This document shows positions 1 to 8,570 of a DNA stretch of 32,641 nucleotides, piece by piece. Each line of letters starts with the position of its first letter. The first letter of the stretch is position 1. Origin of the DNA: a virus (taxonomy: Duplodnaviria; Caudoviricetes); IMG/VR virus record IMGVR_UViG_3300040985_000670, positions 1 to 32,641 of that record. The stretch is one strand, 5' to 3'. Both the position numbers and the translations under genes were made by a program. The notes under the pieces are model-generated. The model worked only from the letters and a program-made list of their open reading frames with translations, did no database searches and was not told the DNA's origin.

Positions 1-41
1 GCCCCCCCCCACCCCCCGTCACGTATAGGGGGGGCCACCCC
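1..41. other. C/G homopolymer hairpin upstream of the packaging genes; candidate pac/terminus signal
   Basis: C9-A-C6-GTCACGTATA-G7 forms a C:G stem; lies at the contig break just upstream of the terS operon. Confidence 0.4.
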
Positions 42-77
42 GAAATATTTTCCCATTTTCCGTTGAAAGGAAATTCC

Positions 78-248
78 ATGAGTACTGAGCCTGAGAAGAG
101 TTTGTTCCACGATGCTTTGAACCCGAAGCCGATGGGACCGATGTTTGATAACTTGGTTACCTTTTACGACAGATTGCCTGACGAGGCTCGTGAGCGGGTT
201 CGTAAGAGTTTGGCGAGTAAGATTATGAAGGAGAGCGGCAATGAGTAA
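78..248 (+). CDS. Hypothetical protein (56 aa)
   Basis: ATG at 78 preceded by AAAGGA; overlaps the start of the next gene. Confidence 0.65.
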   Translation: MSTEPEKSLFHDALNPKPMGPMFDNLVTFYDRLPDEARERVRKSLASKIMKESGNE

Positions 249-540
249 GCGATATCGTGTTGTGCAGGGCAAGGAAATCCCCGGTCGAGACAAGCCGTTG
301 TGGTTGAGGTTGGGCACTGCGTTTGAGAAAGACGGCAAGCCTCTCAGCATAAAGTTGGATGTGTTGCCATTGCCTAACAAGGACGGCGATGTGTGGTTAC
401 GTTTGTTTGAGGACGATGGCCAGGGCGCTGGAGCGGCGGCGAATGCTGGTGGTGGTGCCACTGGTGCGTTTTCTGCGCCTATTGGTGAGGCGGCGGCTGC
501 ACCGAGGTCTGACCTAGACCAAGACGCCATCCCGTTCTGA
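241..540 (+). CDS. Putative small ssDNA-binding (SSB-like) protein
   Basis: W-x-x-x-G-x-A-F beta-rich core, Gly/Ala linker and acidic C-terminal DLDQDAIPF tail like the SSB DDIPF tail. Confidence 0.6.
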   Translation: MSKRYRVVQGKEIPGRDKPLWLRLGTAFEKDGKPLSIKLDVLPLPNKDGDVWLRLFEDDGQGAGAAANAGGGATGAFSAPIGEAAAAPRSDLDQDAIPF

Positions 541-974
541 TGGCTGAGAAACCGAAGAGGCGGGGGCGCACTGGTCCTCGCCCGCCACAGATGGCGATGG
601 GTGCTATTACCAAGCGGTTGCGTGGGTCGAGCATCATTTACGACCACCGTGATGAGTTGGCCTTAGAACTGCTTGGCCTAGCCTCTGCGAAATTGACTGA
701 CGTTGTTTCGTGGGATGATGACGGCAAGGCGCGGATCCGTGCGTTTAAGGATGTTCCTGAGCATGTGAAGGCGGCGATTAAGAAGGTGAAGATAACGCCT
801 ACGCAGCACGGGGACATTATGGAGTTTGAGATGGTGGACAAGGTGCGGGTTATGCAGATGTTGGCCAAGAGTGCTGGGCTGCTTGATAGCGAGAAGGTGG
901 TTGATAAGCCGAGTGTGATTTCGATTGATATGATTATGCCGGAAGAGCCGGGGAAGGAGAAGGAAGATGAGTAA
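540..974 (+). CDS. terS: Terminase small subunit
   Basis: Upstream of TerL; AIKKVK...DKVRVMQMLAKSAGLL resembles the C-terminal motif of this TerS type. Confidence 0.7.
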   Translation: MAEKPKRRGRTGPRPPQMAMGAITKRLRGSSIIYDHRDELALELLGLASAKLTDVVSWDDDGKARIRAFKDVPEHVKAAIKKVKITPTQHGDIMEFEMVDKVRVMQMLAKSAGLLDSEKVVDKPSVISIDMIMPEEPGKEKEDE

Positions 975-1296
975 TCCATTGATTTTGACGCCTTGGGAGT
1001 ATTGGTTTTTAAAGAAGAGCTTGTTTGAGGCGAGTTTAAAGTTTCCCAAAGACCCTGATGACGGTGACGGGTTTGAGTACTATCAAGTGATGGTTGATGA
1101 TTTTATTAAGCTTGATTACAAATTGTTTGGTGACCGCAATGAAGATAACCCCAACGAGTGGAACACTAAGCCAGCGGTGGTTTGCGGCCCTGGTATTAAT
1201 GGCAACTTTGATATTCATTTGGGTTGCGATTATTCTATGAGCGAACACGGTGAGGGCTTGGACAAGTACAAGTTGGACACGGTGATGCTGCTATGA
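967..1296 (+). CDS. Hypothetical protein (AT-richer insert between terS and terL)
   Basis: 109-aa ORF coupled at both ends, RBS-like GGAGAAGG upstream. Confidence 0.65.
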   Translation: MSNPLILTPWEYWFLKKSLFEASLKFPKDPDDGDGFEYYQVMVDDFIKLDYKLFGDRNEDNPNEWNTKPAVVCGPGINGNFDIHLGCDYSMSEHGEGLDKYKLDTVMLL

Positions 1297-1544
1297 CCCA
1301 ATACAAAAGCAGACGAGCGGCCCGCAAGGCTTGGGAAAAGGTTATTAAAAAAGAAACTGGAGGCAAGAAAGAACTTTTTCATGTTGAGATAAGCCATGAC
1401 GAATATTGTGGAGTGTTCAAACAGGCAGAATGCAACTGCAACCCTCATAGGCGTTTGTTCAATGCAAGCGGCAAATTGATTGCCGAGGTTAGAGGTGTTG
1501 GATTTTATGACCCCTTTGAAGTTACGGGGGTGAGCAATGTCTAA
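1293..1544 (+). CDS. Hypothetical protein with putative metal-binding H-D-x-x-C...C-x-C-x-P motif
   Basis: HDEYCGVFKQAECNCNP; ATGA overlap with the upstream gene. Confidence 0.65.
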   Translation: MTQYKSRRAARKAWEKVIKKETGGKKELFHVEISHDEYCGVFKQAECNCNPHRRLFNASGKLIAEVRGVGFYDPFEVTGVSNV

Positions 1545-3063
1545 GCCAGTAGCCGGATTAAAATTGAACTTCAGTTCCTCGCCCACTGTGGCGAGGTTCT
1601 TTAAGTCTGATGCGTTTGTGCGGGGCATCATGGGGCCTGTTGGGAGCGGCAAGAGTTACGCTTGTTGCGCTGAGATATTCCGGCGGGCGGTTGCTCAGAA
1701 GGCTAGTCCCAGGGACGGCATCAAGTATTCGCGCTGGGCGATTGTCCGCAACACGCATCCTATGCTGAAGACCACGACCTTGAAGACTTGGCTGGAGTTG
1801 TTGCCCGAAGAGACATTTGGGCACGTTAAGCACTCGCCGCCTATCACGCACCACATAAAGCTGCCGTCTAGGGAGGGTGCCGCTGGGATTGATATGGAGG
1901 TTATCTTCTTGGCGTTGGATGACCCGAAGGACGTTCGTAAGCTTCTTAGCCTAGAACTAACGGGGGCTTGGGTTAATGAGTGCCGTGAATTGCCGAAGAG
2001 CATTATAGACGGGTTGACGCATAGGGTCGGCAGATACCCGACAAAAGCCGATGGGGGCACCACTTGGCGGGGCGTTATTTTGGACACCAACCCGATGGAC
2101 AGCGACCATTTTTATTACCACTTAGCTGAGAAGGAAAAGCCTGGGGGCAAATTTCGTTGGGATTTTTTTAAGCAGCCGGGTGGCGTGATTGAGGTGCCGC
2201 TAGAGGAACTGCCTGACGATATGCCGGAAGCCAAGGGTTACTTGTTCCAAGCGGGCAAGTGGTGGCAGACCAACCCCAAGGCTGAGAACTTGGGCAACTT
2301 GCCTGACGGGTATTACGAGCAATTGCTGGGCGGCAAGCGTTTGGATTGGATACAGTGCTATGCCGAGGGCAAGTACACGTTTGTGCAGGAAGGGCGGGCG
2401 GTATGGCCTGAGTTTAATGATAACTTGATGACCGCTGACTTGGAGCCTGACCCGTCCCTGCCTGTTCACGTTGGCCTAGACTTTGGTTTAACCCCGGCGG
2501 CGGTGTTTGCTCAGAGATTGAAAAATGGCCGGTGGCATGTGTTGCACGAACTGGTGACGTTTGAGATGGGCCTAGAACGGTTTTGTTCTTCGCTCAAGGC
2601 TGACTTGTCTTCTCGGTTTCCTGGCTATTCGACGTTGGTGTGGGGTGACCCTGCCGGTATGCAAAGGGACCAGATATTTGAGACAACGTCTTTTGACCAT
2701 TTGAAGACGCACGGCATTTTGGCCCAGCCTACCGCGACCAACGATTTTAAGACGCGGCGCGAGGCGTTGGCTATGCCGATGGGCAGGTTGATTGATGGCA
2801 AGCCGGGGTTCTTGGTTGACCGCAAGTGCATCAGAGTTCGCAAGAGCCTGGGCGGCGGGTATCACTTCCGGCGTGTGTCGATTGGCGCGGGGCAAGAGCG
2901 GTTTCGGGACGCTCCAAACAAAAACGAACACAGCCACGTTGGCGATGCGGCGGGCTATTGCTTGCTGGGTTCTGAGCATAAAATCATGACGAAACGCCCG
3001 ATGCCTACCGGCGGGTCGTTCAGACAGGCAAAGGTGTTGGACTTTGACGTTTTCAATAGCTGA
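1537..3063 (+). CDS. terL: Terminase large subunit
   Basis: Walker A GPVGSGKS, Walker B AWVNE, coupling motif DTNP, RNase H-like VGLDFG and HVGDA. Confidence 0.97.
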   Translation: MSKPVAGLKLNFSSSPTVARFFKSDAFVRGIMGPVGSGKSYACCAEIFRRAVAQKASPRDGIKYSRWAIVRNTHPMLKTTTLKTWLELLPEETFGHVKHSPPITHHIKLPSREGAAGIDMEVIFLALDDPKDVRKLLSLELTGAWVNECRELPKSIIDGLTHRVGRYPTKADGGTTWRGVILDTNPMDSDHFYYHLAEKEKPGGKFRWDFFKQPGGVIEVPLEELPDDMPEAKGYLFQAGKWWQTNPKAENLGNLPDGYYEQLLGGKRLDWIQCYAEGKYTFVQEGRAVWPEFNDNLMTADLEPDPSLPVHVGLDFGLTPAAVFAQRLKNGRWHVLHELVTFEMGLERFCSSLKADLSSRFPGYSTLVWGDPAGMQRDQIFETTSFDHLKTHGILAQPTATNDFKTRREALAMPMGRLIDGKPGFLVDRKCIRVRKSLGGGYHFRRVSIGAGQERFRDAPNKNEHSHVGDAAGYCLLGSEHKIMTKRPMPTGGSFRQAKVLDFDVFNS

Positions 3064-3553
3064 GTTGAATGAAGTAATGCGGATGCAACGGGATAACCGT
3101 GTGGTCCGCTGGTATCCCCATCACCTAGACATGTGCGAACTGAACGAGTTTGACGCCGCCAACATTGAACTGTTTGCGGATTACAAGCAGTACTTGGAGA
3201 CCTACGCAAACGCTGGCTTGGCGTTTTCTGTCTTGGACCGTGATGGCATCAGCGCAATGTTTGGCGTATGGCAGCTTTGGCCAGGTGTTTGCGAGGCTTG
3301 GCTTATCCCTAGCAAGGACATTGGGCGCAAGGTTGTGCCCCTGCATCGTGGTTCTCTGGCCTTTTTTAACCACGTTTCTAGGCAAATGAAGATAAAAAGG
3401 CTGCAATTTAGTGTACACTCAGCAAATGCTACCGCTTGTATGTGGGCAGAACGCTGCTATTTTGTCCGCGAAGGCACCATGCGGGCTTACGGTCCTGACG
3501 GTGCCGACTACTACATGTACGGGAGGTTGTTTGATGGGCGGTATATTCAGTAG
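3044..3553 (+). CDS. GNAT-fold/T7 gp13-like virion-associated protein
   Basis: FGVWQLWPGVCEAW, RLQ, FVREGTMRAYGPDGADYYMY typical of phage GNAT-like proteins; start uncertain (TTG 3044 or ATG 3077). Confidence 0.7.
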   Translation: MTFSIAELNEVMRMQRDNRVVRWYPHHLDMCELNEFDAANIELFADYKQYLETYANAGLAFSVLDRDGISAMFGVWQLWPGVCEAWLIPSKDIGRKVVPLHRGSLAFFNHVSRQMKIKRLQFSVHSANATACMWAERCYFVREGTMRAYGPDGADYYMYGRLFDGRYIQ

Positions 3554-3797
3554 CAAGGCACCACCACCCACCCCCACGGTGGGTGAAACCGATGCCGATG
3601 CCACCATTTCTCGGCAAGAAGAGGTCGCAGAACGCCAAGAGGTAGCGGAACAGCGCAAGATACAGGCCCGCAAACGGTCTAAGCGAACTGGTGGGCGCAC
3701 TATGCTGATGGCCCAAGGCGTCGCACCCGGTGATACTGGACCCGGTCGGCAAGTTCTCTCCCGCATTCTTGGCACTGGCCGGAACCCGCGAGGGTGA
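3534..3797 (+). CDS. Small virion protein (MG-start, Pro-rich, T7 gp6.7/7.3-like position), 87 aa
   Basis: GGGAGG RBS then ATG 3534; MGGIFSSKAPPPTP; lies before the portal. Confidence 0.7.
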   Translation: MGGIFSSKAPPPTPTVGETDADATISRQEEVAERQEVAEQRKIQARKRSKRTGGRTMLMAQGVAPGDTGPGRQVLSRILGTGRNPRG

Positions 3798-3799
3798 AG

Positions 3800-3901
3800 A
3801 TGAAAACATACCGAAGAAACCCCAAACATACAAAAGGTAAAGATGATGTACGGTCAAAAAAAGCCGCCCAAAAAGCCGACAAAGAAGGTAAAAAAGGGTA
3901 A
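3800..3901 (+). CDS. Basic micro-ORF (33 aa) MKTYRRNPKHTKGKDDVRSKKAAQKADKEGKKG
   Basis: Hand-translated; GAGGG upstream; below the ORF-track size cutoff. Confidence 0.4.
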   Translation: MKTYRRNPKHTKGKDDVRSKKAAQKADKEGKKG

Positions 3902-3905
3902 ATAA
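3843..3905 (+). CDS. Lys-rich micro-ORF (20 aa) MMYGQKKPPKKPTKKVKKGK
   Basis: Hand-translated; AAAGGT upstream; TAATG coupling to the portal start. Confidence 0.5.
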   Translation: MMYGQKKPPKKPTKKVKKGK

Positions 3906-5452
3906 TGGTACTCTCGGTCGAGGACATCAAGAAGCGGTACGCCCGGTGCAATAGCCACAAGGAAGAGTGGCGCAGCATTTATGAAGAGGCGTACGAGTTC
4001 GCTTTGCCGATGCGTAATCTGTACGATGGCTACGCTGAAAGCGGGACGCCTGGGCAAAACAAAATGCGCCGTGTCTTCGACTCAACCGCTATTCACTCGA
4101 CCGCCAGATTTGCGAACCGTATTCAGTCCTCGCTGTTTCCCCCGCAACGTCCTTGGTGCCGTTTGCAACCGGGCAATGACATCCCCGAAGAGCAAAAGAT
4201 TGAGGCCCAGCAAGTCCTAGACTTCTACACCGAGAAGATGTTTGCCGTGATGATGCAATCAGGTTTTGACCTGGCTATGGGCGAGTTCTTGCTTGACCTT
4301 GCGGTCGGCACATCGGTTATGCTGATACAGCCCGGCGATACTCTGACGCCGATACGTTACACGGCTATTCCAAGCTATCATATTTGCTTTGACGAAGGCC
4401 CCAACGGGGTGCCGGATACGGTTTATCGCAAGCTGAACCGACCGTTCAATGTAATCCAACGCGAATGGCCGGACGCCAACATTCCACAGCGGATGATTGA
4501 CGATGCCGCTGAAGACCCGACCAAGAAGGTTGGTTTAATTGAGGCCACGTATACCATTGATGGCCAGATGTACTATTGCTTGGTCACTGCCGAGGGCGAT
4601 GACAAGCTGGTGCACCGCGACCTGAAATCATGGCCGTGGGTGATTTCCAGATACATGAAGGCGTCAAATGAGCGGTATGGAAGAGGTCCCGTACTCTATG
4701 CCTTGGCAGATATTCGCACACTTAATAAGGTAGTAGAACTCACCTTAAAGAATGCTAGCATAAGTATCGGCGGCGTGTTCACTGCCGTGGATGACGGGGT
4801 GCTTAATCCGCAAACAATCTCCATTGTGCCGGGTGCGGTCATAGGCGTGTCGAGTAACGGTGGCCCACGCGGTCCTAGCCTGACGCCCCTGCCCCGTTCT
4901 GGCGATGCGAACCTGTCCCAGATTGTGGCTAATGACCTACGCACCAACATTAAAAAGGCCTTGCTAGACGAGAGCCTGACGCCTGAGAATATGTCGGCAC
5001 GGTCGGCCACGGAAATAAACGCCAAGCTATCTGAACTTTCCCAGAACCTCGGATCCGCGTTTGGTCGTTTGATTTCGGAGACAATGTTTCCAATCGTACG
5101 CCGGTCGCTAGAACTAATGGATGAGATGGGCATGATTGAACTGCCTCTCAAGGTGAACGGCCTAGAGGTGACGGTCGTTCCACAATCGCCCTTGGCTATG
5201 GCCAACAACGCGGAACGGCTGGGTGAGATTATGCAGTTCATGCAGATAAGCCAAGCACTAGGCCCGGTCGGCCAGACACTTATCAAAATGGATGCCGTGG
5301 GCGATTACATTGCCGACCAGCTTGGCATCCCCGCAGATTTACGCACGACCTTAGAAGAACGCGCCGAAATGCAAGCGCAGATGGCAGAAGCAGCCGCCAT
5401 GATGGCTGAACAAGAGATGGGCGGGGCACCGCCAACTGAGGCACCTGTATGA
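3905..5452 (+). CDS. Portal (head-to-tail connector) protein
   Basis: 515 aa; FDSTA, YGRGP, SATEI motifs of T7 gp8/BPP-1-type portals. Confidence 0.95.
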   Translation: MVLSVEDIKKRYARCNSHKEEWRSIYEEAYEFALPMRNLYDGYAESGTPGQNKMRRVFDSTAIHSTARFANRIQSSLFPPQRPWCRLQPGNDIPEEQKIEAQQVLDFYTEKMFAVMMQSGFDLAMGEFLLDLAVGTSVMLIQPGDTLTPIRYTAIPSYHICFDEGPNGVPDTVYRKLNRPFNVIQREWPDANIPQRMIDDAAEDPTKKVGLIEATYTIDGQMYYCLVTAEGDDKLVHRDLKSWPWVISRYMKASNERYGRGPVLYALADIRTLNKVVELTLKNASISIGGVFTAVDDGVLNPQTISIVPGAVIGVSSNGGPRGPSLTPLPRSGDANLSQIVANDLRTNIKKALLDESLTPENMSARSATEINAKLSELSQNLGSAFGRLISETMFPIVRRSLELMDEMGMIELPLKVNGLEVTVVPQSPLAMANNAERLGEIMQFMQISQALGPVGQTLIKMDAVGDYIADQLGIPADLRTTLEERAEMQAQMAEAAAMMAEQEMGGAPPTEAPV

Positions 5453-5748
5453 ACAACGCCCAACGTATTCGTAGCATAAACTCCCCTGGCTGGGATGGCG
5501 TCAACGCCGAGGCCCAGCCGGTCAAACTAGAACCTCTCGACCTGATGCGCGAGATGGACCTTAACTTCAAACGCACCTTCACCACCCCAGCGGGCAAGCA
5601 AGTCTTGGCGCACCTACACGCGCAAACGCTTGACCAGCCTTGTTGGTCACCGGGCGCACATGAAAGCTACGGCTATGCCCGCGAAGGTCAGAACAGCATC
5701 GTTAGAGAAATAATTCAGCGAGTGAAAAGAGCCGATGACTTTAAATGA
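5449..5748 (+). CDS. Bbp19-like small protein
   Basis: F-x-T-P-x-G-x-x-VL...REGQNSIVREI motif; sits between portal and scaffold. Confidence 0.75.
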   Translation: MNNAQRIRSINSPGWDGVNAEAQPVKLEPLDLMREMDLNFKRTFTTPAGKQVLAHLHAQTLDQPCWSPGAHESYGYAREGQNSIVREIIQRVKRADDFK

Positions 5749-6511
5749 TGAAGGTCAAACAGTGGCCGAGACTGAAACGCCGGAACCAGCAAGCCTTATG
5801 GAAGGCGTACAATCTTCTGAGCCAGAAAGTGAGGTCGCAGATGAGGCAATGCCGCACCGCGTCGAGGATGAGAAACCGGCAAAAGAGGAACGACCAGCGT
5901 GGCTCGACGAGAAGTTTGCCAAGCCGGAAGACTTAGCCAAGTCCTATGAGGAACTGCAAAAGAAGTTTAGCCAGGGAAAACACAAAGCGCCCGACGAATA
6001 CTCGACCGATGTGCTGACCGAGGCGGGCTATGAGTTGGATGACCCGGTGGTCGATACCTATCTAGGCTGGGCCAAGAAGTACAACGTCAACCAAGAGGCA
6101 TTTGACGAACTGGCCGGTGCCATCACACAAATGTCCGGCGAGAACGTGGCGGCGGCTGAAGCTGACTACAAAGCAGAACATGAGGCTCTTGGACCTAATG
6201 CCAATGAGATAATTAAAAGCAATGTGACTTGGGCTGACGGTCTGGTTCGTAAGGGCATTGTCTCAGAAGATGAACGCGCTGAGTTGAACAACTGGGGCGG
6301 CACTGCGATTGGCCAGCGTTTGATGCAGAAAGTTCGCACCATGACCGGCGATATGTCCAAGATACCGCTTGCCCCGGTCGCAGAAGAACAACTCTCTGAG
6401 GCGGATTGGCAAGCACATATGGACGCACAAATGGCCGACAGAGACAGATACAATGCCGACCCAGCGTATCGGTTGAAAATAGAAAATGAGTTTAAACGCC
6501 GATTTGGTTAG
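5735..6511 (+). CDS. Capsid scaffolding/assembly protein
   Basis: Acidic N-terminus, RPAWL-x-EKF...DLAKSYEELQKK, C-terminal DPAYR; upstream of the capsid gene. Confidence 0.88.
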   Translation: MTLNDEGQTVAETETPEPASLMEGVQSSEPESEVADEAMPHRVEDEKPAKEERPAWLDEKFAKPEDLAKSYEELQKKFSQGKHKAPDEYSTDVLTEAGYELDDPVVDTYLGWAKKYNVNQEAFDELAGAITQMSGENVAAAEADYKAEHEALGPNANEIIKSNVTWADGLVRKGIVSEDERAELNNWGGTAIGQRLMQKVRTMTGDMSKIPLAPVAEEQLSEADWQAHMDAQMADRDRYNADPAYRLKIENEFKRRFG

Positions 6512-6548
6512 TTCTCCTCGCCAGGTTTCCTCCCAGCTTGGCAAACTA

Positions 6549-6591
6549 GGGGGGCAAGGTTTTCTCGTCCTTGCCTTGCTCCCCATTTTTT
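6549..6591 (+). terminator. Probable intrinsic terminator after the scaffold gene
   Basis: GGCAAGG/CCTTGCC stem extended by GGGG/CCCC, followed by ATTTTTT. Confidence 0.6.
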
Positions 6592-6750
6592 GTACAGACA
6601 TCAAAAGTAATGCTTAGTATTTACACATTGTGCAAAATCGTGTAAGGCGGTTTTGACTGACAACCCCTTGAGGGCCGGTCCTCACACGTAGAGGCCGGGA
6701 TGTTTCCCGATAACCAGACACGAAATTTTGGTTTAATCAGGAGACAAGCT

Positions 6751-7602
6751 ATGTCCACAGGACTATCACCAGCGTTTGTCCAGCTATTCGACGCCGAGGT
6801 CAAACAGGCCTATCAGGGCACTTCGATGCTGTCTGGAACAGTACGCACAAGAACAGGAGTTGAAGGTTCAACCGTCAACTTCCCCACAGTCGGAAAGGGT
6901 GCCGCATCACTGCGTTCTCCACAAACTGACGTAGTGCCGCTTAACACCGATTTTGCGACCGTTAGCTGTACATTACAGGACTACATCGCGGCTGAGTACA
7001 GTGACATCTTCAATCAACAGAAGGTGAACTTTGACGAGCGTTCCGAGTTAGCGCAAGTCGTTGGCTCTGCAATCGGACGCCGCCAAGACCAGTTAATTCT
7101 GGACGCAATCGCGGCAGCATCAGCGGGCACCACAGTGGCCAATACGGTTGTAACATCAGGCTCTGCCGCTGCATCCAACCTTAACGTAGGTAAGCTGATT
7201 GCTGCCGCGAAAGCATTGAATGCCGCAAACGTGCCAAGCACTGACAGACACCTCGTAATTCACGCAAACGGTCTAGCCGGGTTGCTGGGTGACGAGCGGG
7301 CTGTAAGTTCGGACTACACCTCACTTCAGGCGCTTCAGCGCGGAGACATCAACACGTTCATGGGATTCACCGTGCATGTGCTGGGCGACCGCGATGAGGG
7401 TGGCCTGGCAGTTGATGGCTCAAGTGACCGCACGAACTTTGCGTTCCACAAGAGCGCCATCGGCTGTGCAGTCGGAATGGCACCAACGACTAAGATTGAC
7501 TACATCGCCGAGAAAACTTCGTTCTTGGTTGCTGCATGTCTGTCTATGGGTGCTGTCGCAATTGATGCCGCTGGCATCGTAGACATCACAACTAGGGAGT
7601 AA
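6751..7602 (+). CDS. Major capsid protein (283 aa)
   Basis: AGGAG RBS then ATG 6751; FVQLFDAEVKQAYQ, AIGRRQDQLI, FMGF motifs of BPP-1-type MCP. Confidence 0.93.
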   Translation: MSTGLSPAFVQLFDAEVKQAYQGTSMLSGTVRTRTGVEGSTVNFPTVGKGAASLRSPQTDVVPLNTDFATVSCTLQDYIAAEYSDIFNQQKVNFDERSELAQVVGSAIGRRQDQLILDAIAAASAGTTVANTVVTSGSAAASNLNVGKLIAAAKALNAANVPSTDRHLVIHANGLAGLLGDERAVSSDYTSLQALQRGDINTFMGFTVHVLGDRDEGGLAVDGSSDRTNFAFHKSAIGCAVGMAPTTKIDYIAEKTSFLVAACLSMGAVAIDAAGIVDITTRE

Positions 7603-7607
7603 TCTAG

Positions 7608-7889
7608 ATGGCTTTCGCAAGAGCAAACTGGTCGCCTATTGGTGGCCAATCCAAACGGGGCAAAGCGCCTCAAATGTGGTCCTACACTACCACCGATGCC
7701 AAAACGGTTGTCGATGGCGTGGGCTACTTCAATGACGTGTCTGACGATGTCGTAGTGGGTGACCTCATTTACTCCTACGCCTCAACCGGCGGGACCGCTA
7801 CGGCCTCACACCATGTTGTACTTTCCAACGCATCAGGTGTGGTTGACGTAGGTGACGGCGTGACAATCGCGGTCACTGACAGCGACTAA
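7608..7889 (+). CDS. Putative capsid decoration/minor head protein
   Basis: 93 aa directly after MCP; GYFN...VGDLI motif; followed by a terminator. Confidence 0.65.
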   Translation: MAFARANWSPIGGQSKRGKAPQMWSYTTTDAKTVVDGVGYFNDVSDDVVVGDLIYSYASTGGTATASHHVVLSNASGVVDVGDGVTIAVTDSD

Positions 7890-7896
7890 TACTGAC

Positions 7897-7929
7897 TACG
7901 GGGGCGGGCAAACCGCCCTCGTACCTTTT
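7897..7929 (+). terminator. Intrinsic terminator after the head genes
   Basis: TACGGGGGCGG-GCAAA-CCGCCCTCGTA stem-loop followed by CCTTTT. Confidence 0.75.
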
Positions 7930-7940
7930 GGAGATTGGTC

Positions 7941-8570
7941 ATGGCCCAAGGCGATACTTCGATAAGCATTTGCAATCAGGCGCTGTTACTGTTGGGCGAT
8001 GAAAGTATCTCAAGTTTTGACGATGGCACCGCTGGCTCTCAGGCTTGCAGCATTGTCTATGACATGGTTAAAAATTCTACTCTCGGCATCTTCTCTTGGT
8101 CGTTTACCGTGGCCAAGGTCGAACTGGCCAGAAGCACTAACACCCCGGCATCAGAGTGGACCTACGAATACATTCTACCATCTGACATGCTTACCGGCGT
8201 GCCTCGCGCAGTGCGTATTAGTTCGGCGGCTAATGCCCCACTGGTGCGGTCCTACGAAATAAACCAATCAACCGGCGGTCTGTCGGTCCTGATGACTAAC
8301 GAGACCAGCATCTTTATTGATTACCAGAAGGCGGTGCCAGAGGCGCAAATGCCCCCGTACTTTGTGACGCTAATGGTGTACCAGCTTGCGTGGCACCTGG
8401 CCGAGGTTATCACTGACCAGACCACAAAGAGCCAATACTGGCGCAGCATTGCTCTTGGCTCACCGTCTGAGAACTTTCGCGGCGGATGGCTACGTCAGGC
8501 CATGTCTATGGACAGTTCCGGCACCCCGCCCAGCGTCATCTCTGACTATTTGCTGACTGACATAAGATGA
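7941..8570 (+). CDS. Tail tubular protein A (adaptor)
   Basis: ICNQALLLLG...WSF...LPSD motifs; GGAG RBS before ATG 7941. Confidence 0.88.
   Translation: MAQGDTSISICNQALLLLGDESISSFDDGTAGSQACSIVYDMVKNSTLGIFSWSFTVAKVELARSTNTPASEWTYEYILPSDMLTGVPRAVRISSAANAPLVRSYEINQSTGGLSVLMTNETSIFIDYQKAVPEAQMPPYFVTLMVYQLAWHLAEVITDQTTKSQYWRSIALGSPSENFRGGWLRQAMSMDSSGTPPSVISDYLLTDIR

Noticed and set aside
4696-5286. Long antisense ORFs (196 aa here; also 13449-14006, 16091-16570, 31103-31768)
   Set aside because: Shadow frames of well-supported genes, with no recognisable motifs
6700-6750. N-terminal extensions in the ORF track (capsid 6700; also int 28788, exo 27348, serine recombinase 29542)
   Set aside because: Downstream ATGs have better RBS or coupling and match the expected domain starts
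7590-7610. T7-like capsid frameshift or readthrough into the 93-aa gene
   Set aside because: A TAG at 7605-7607 blocks the downstream frame just before its ATG, there is no slippery site, and the gene has its own GGGAG RBS
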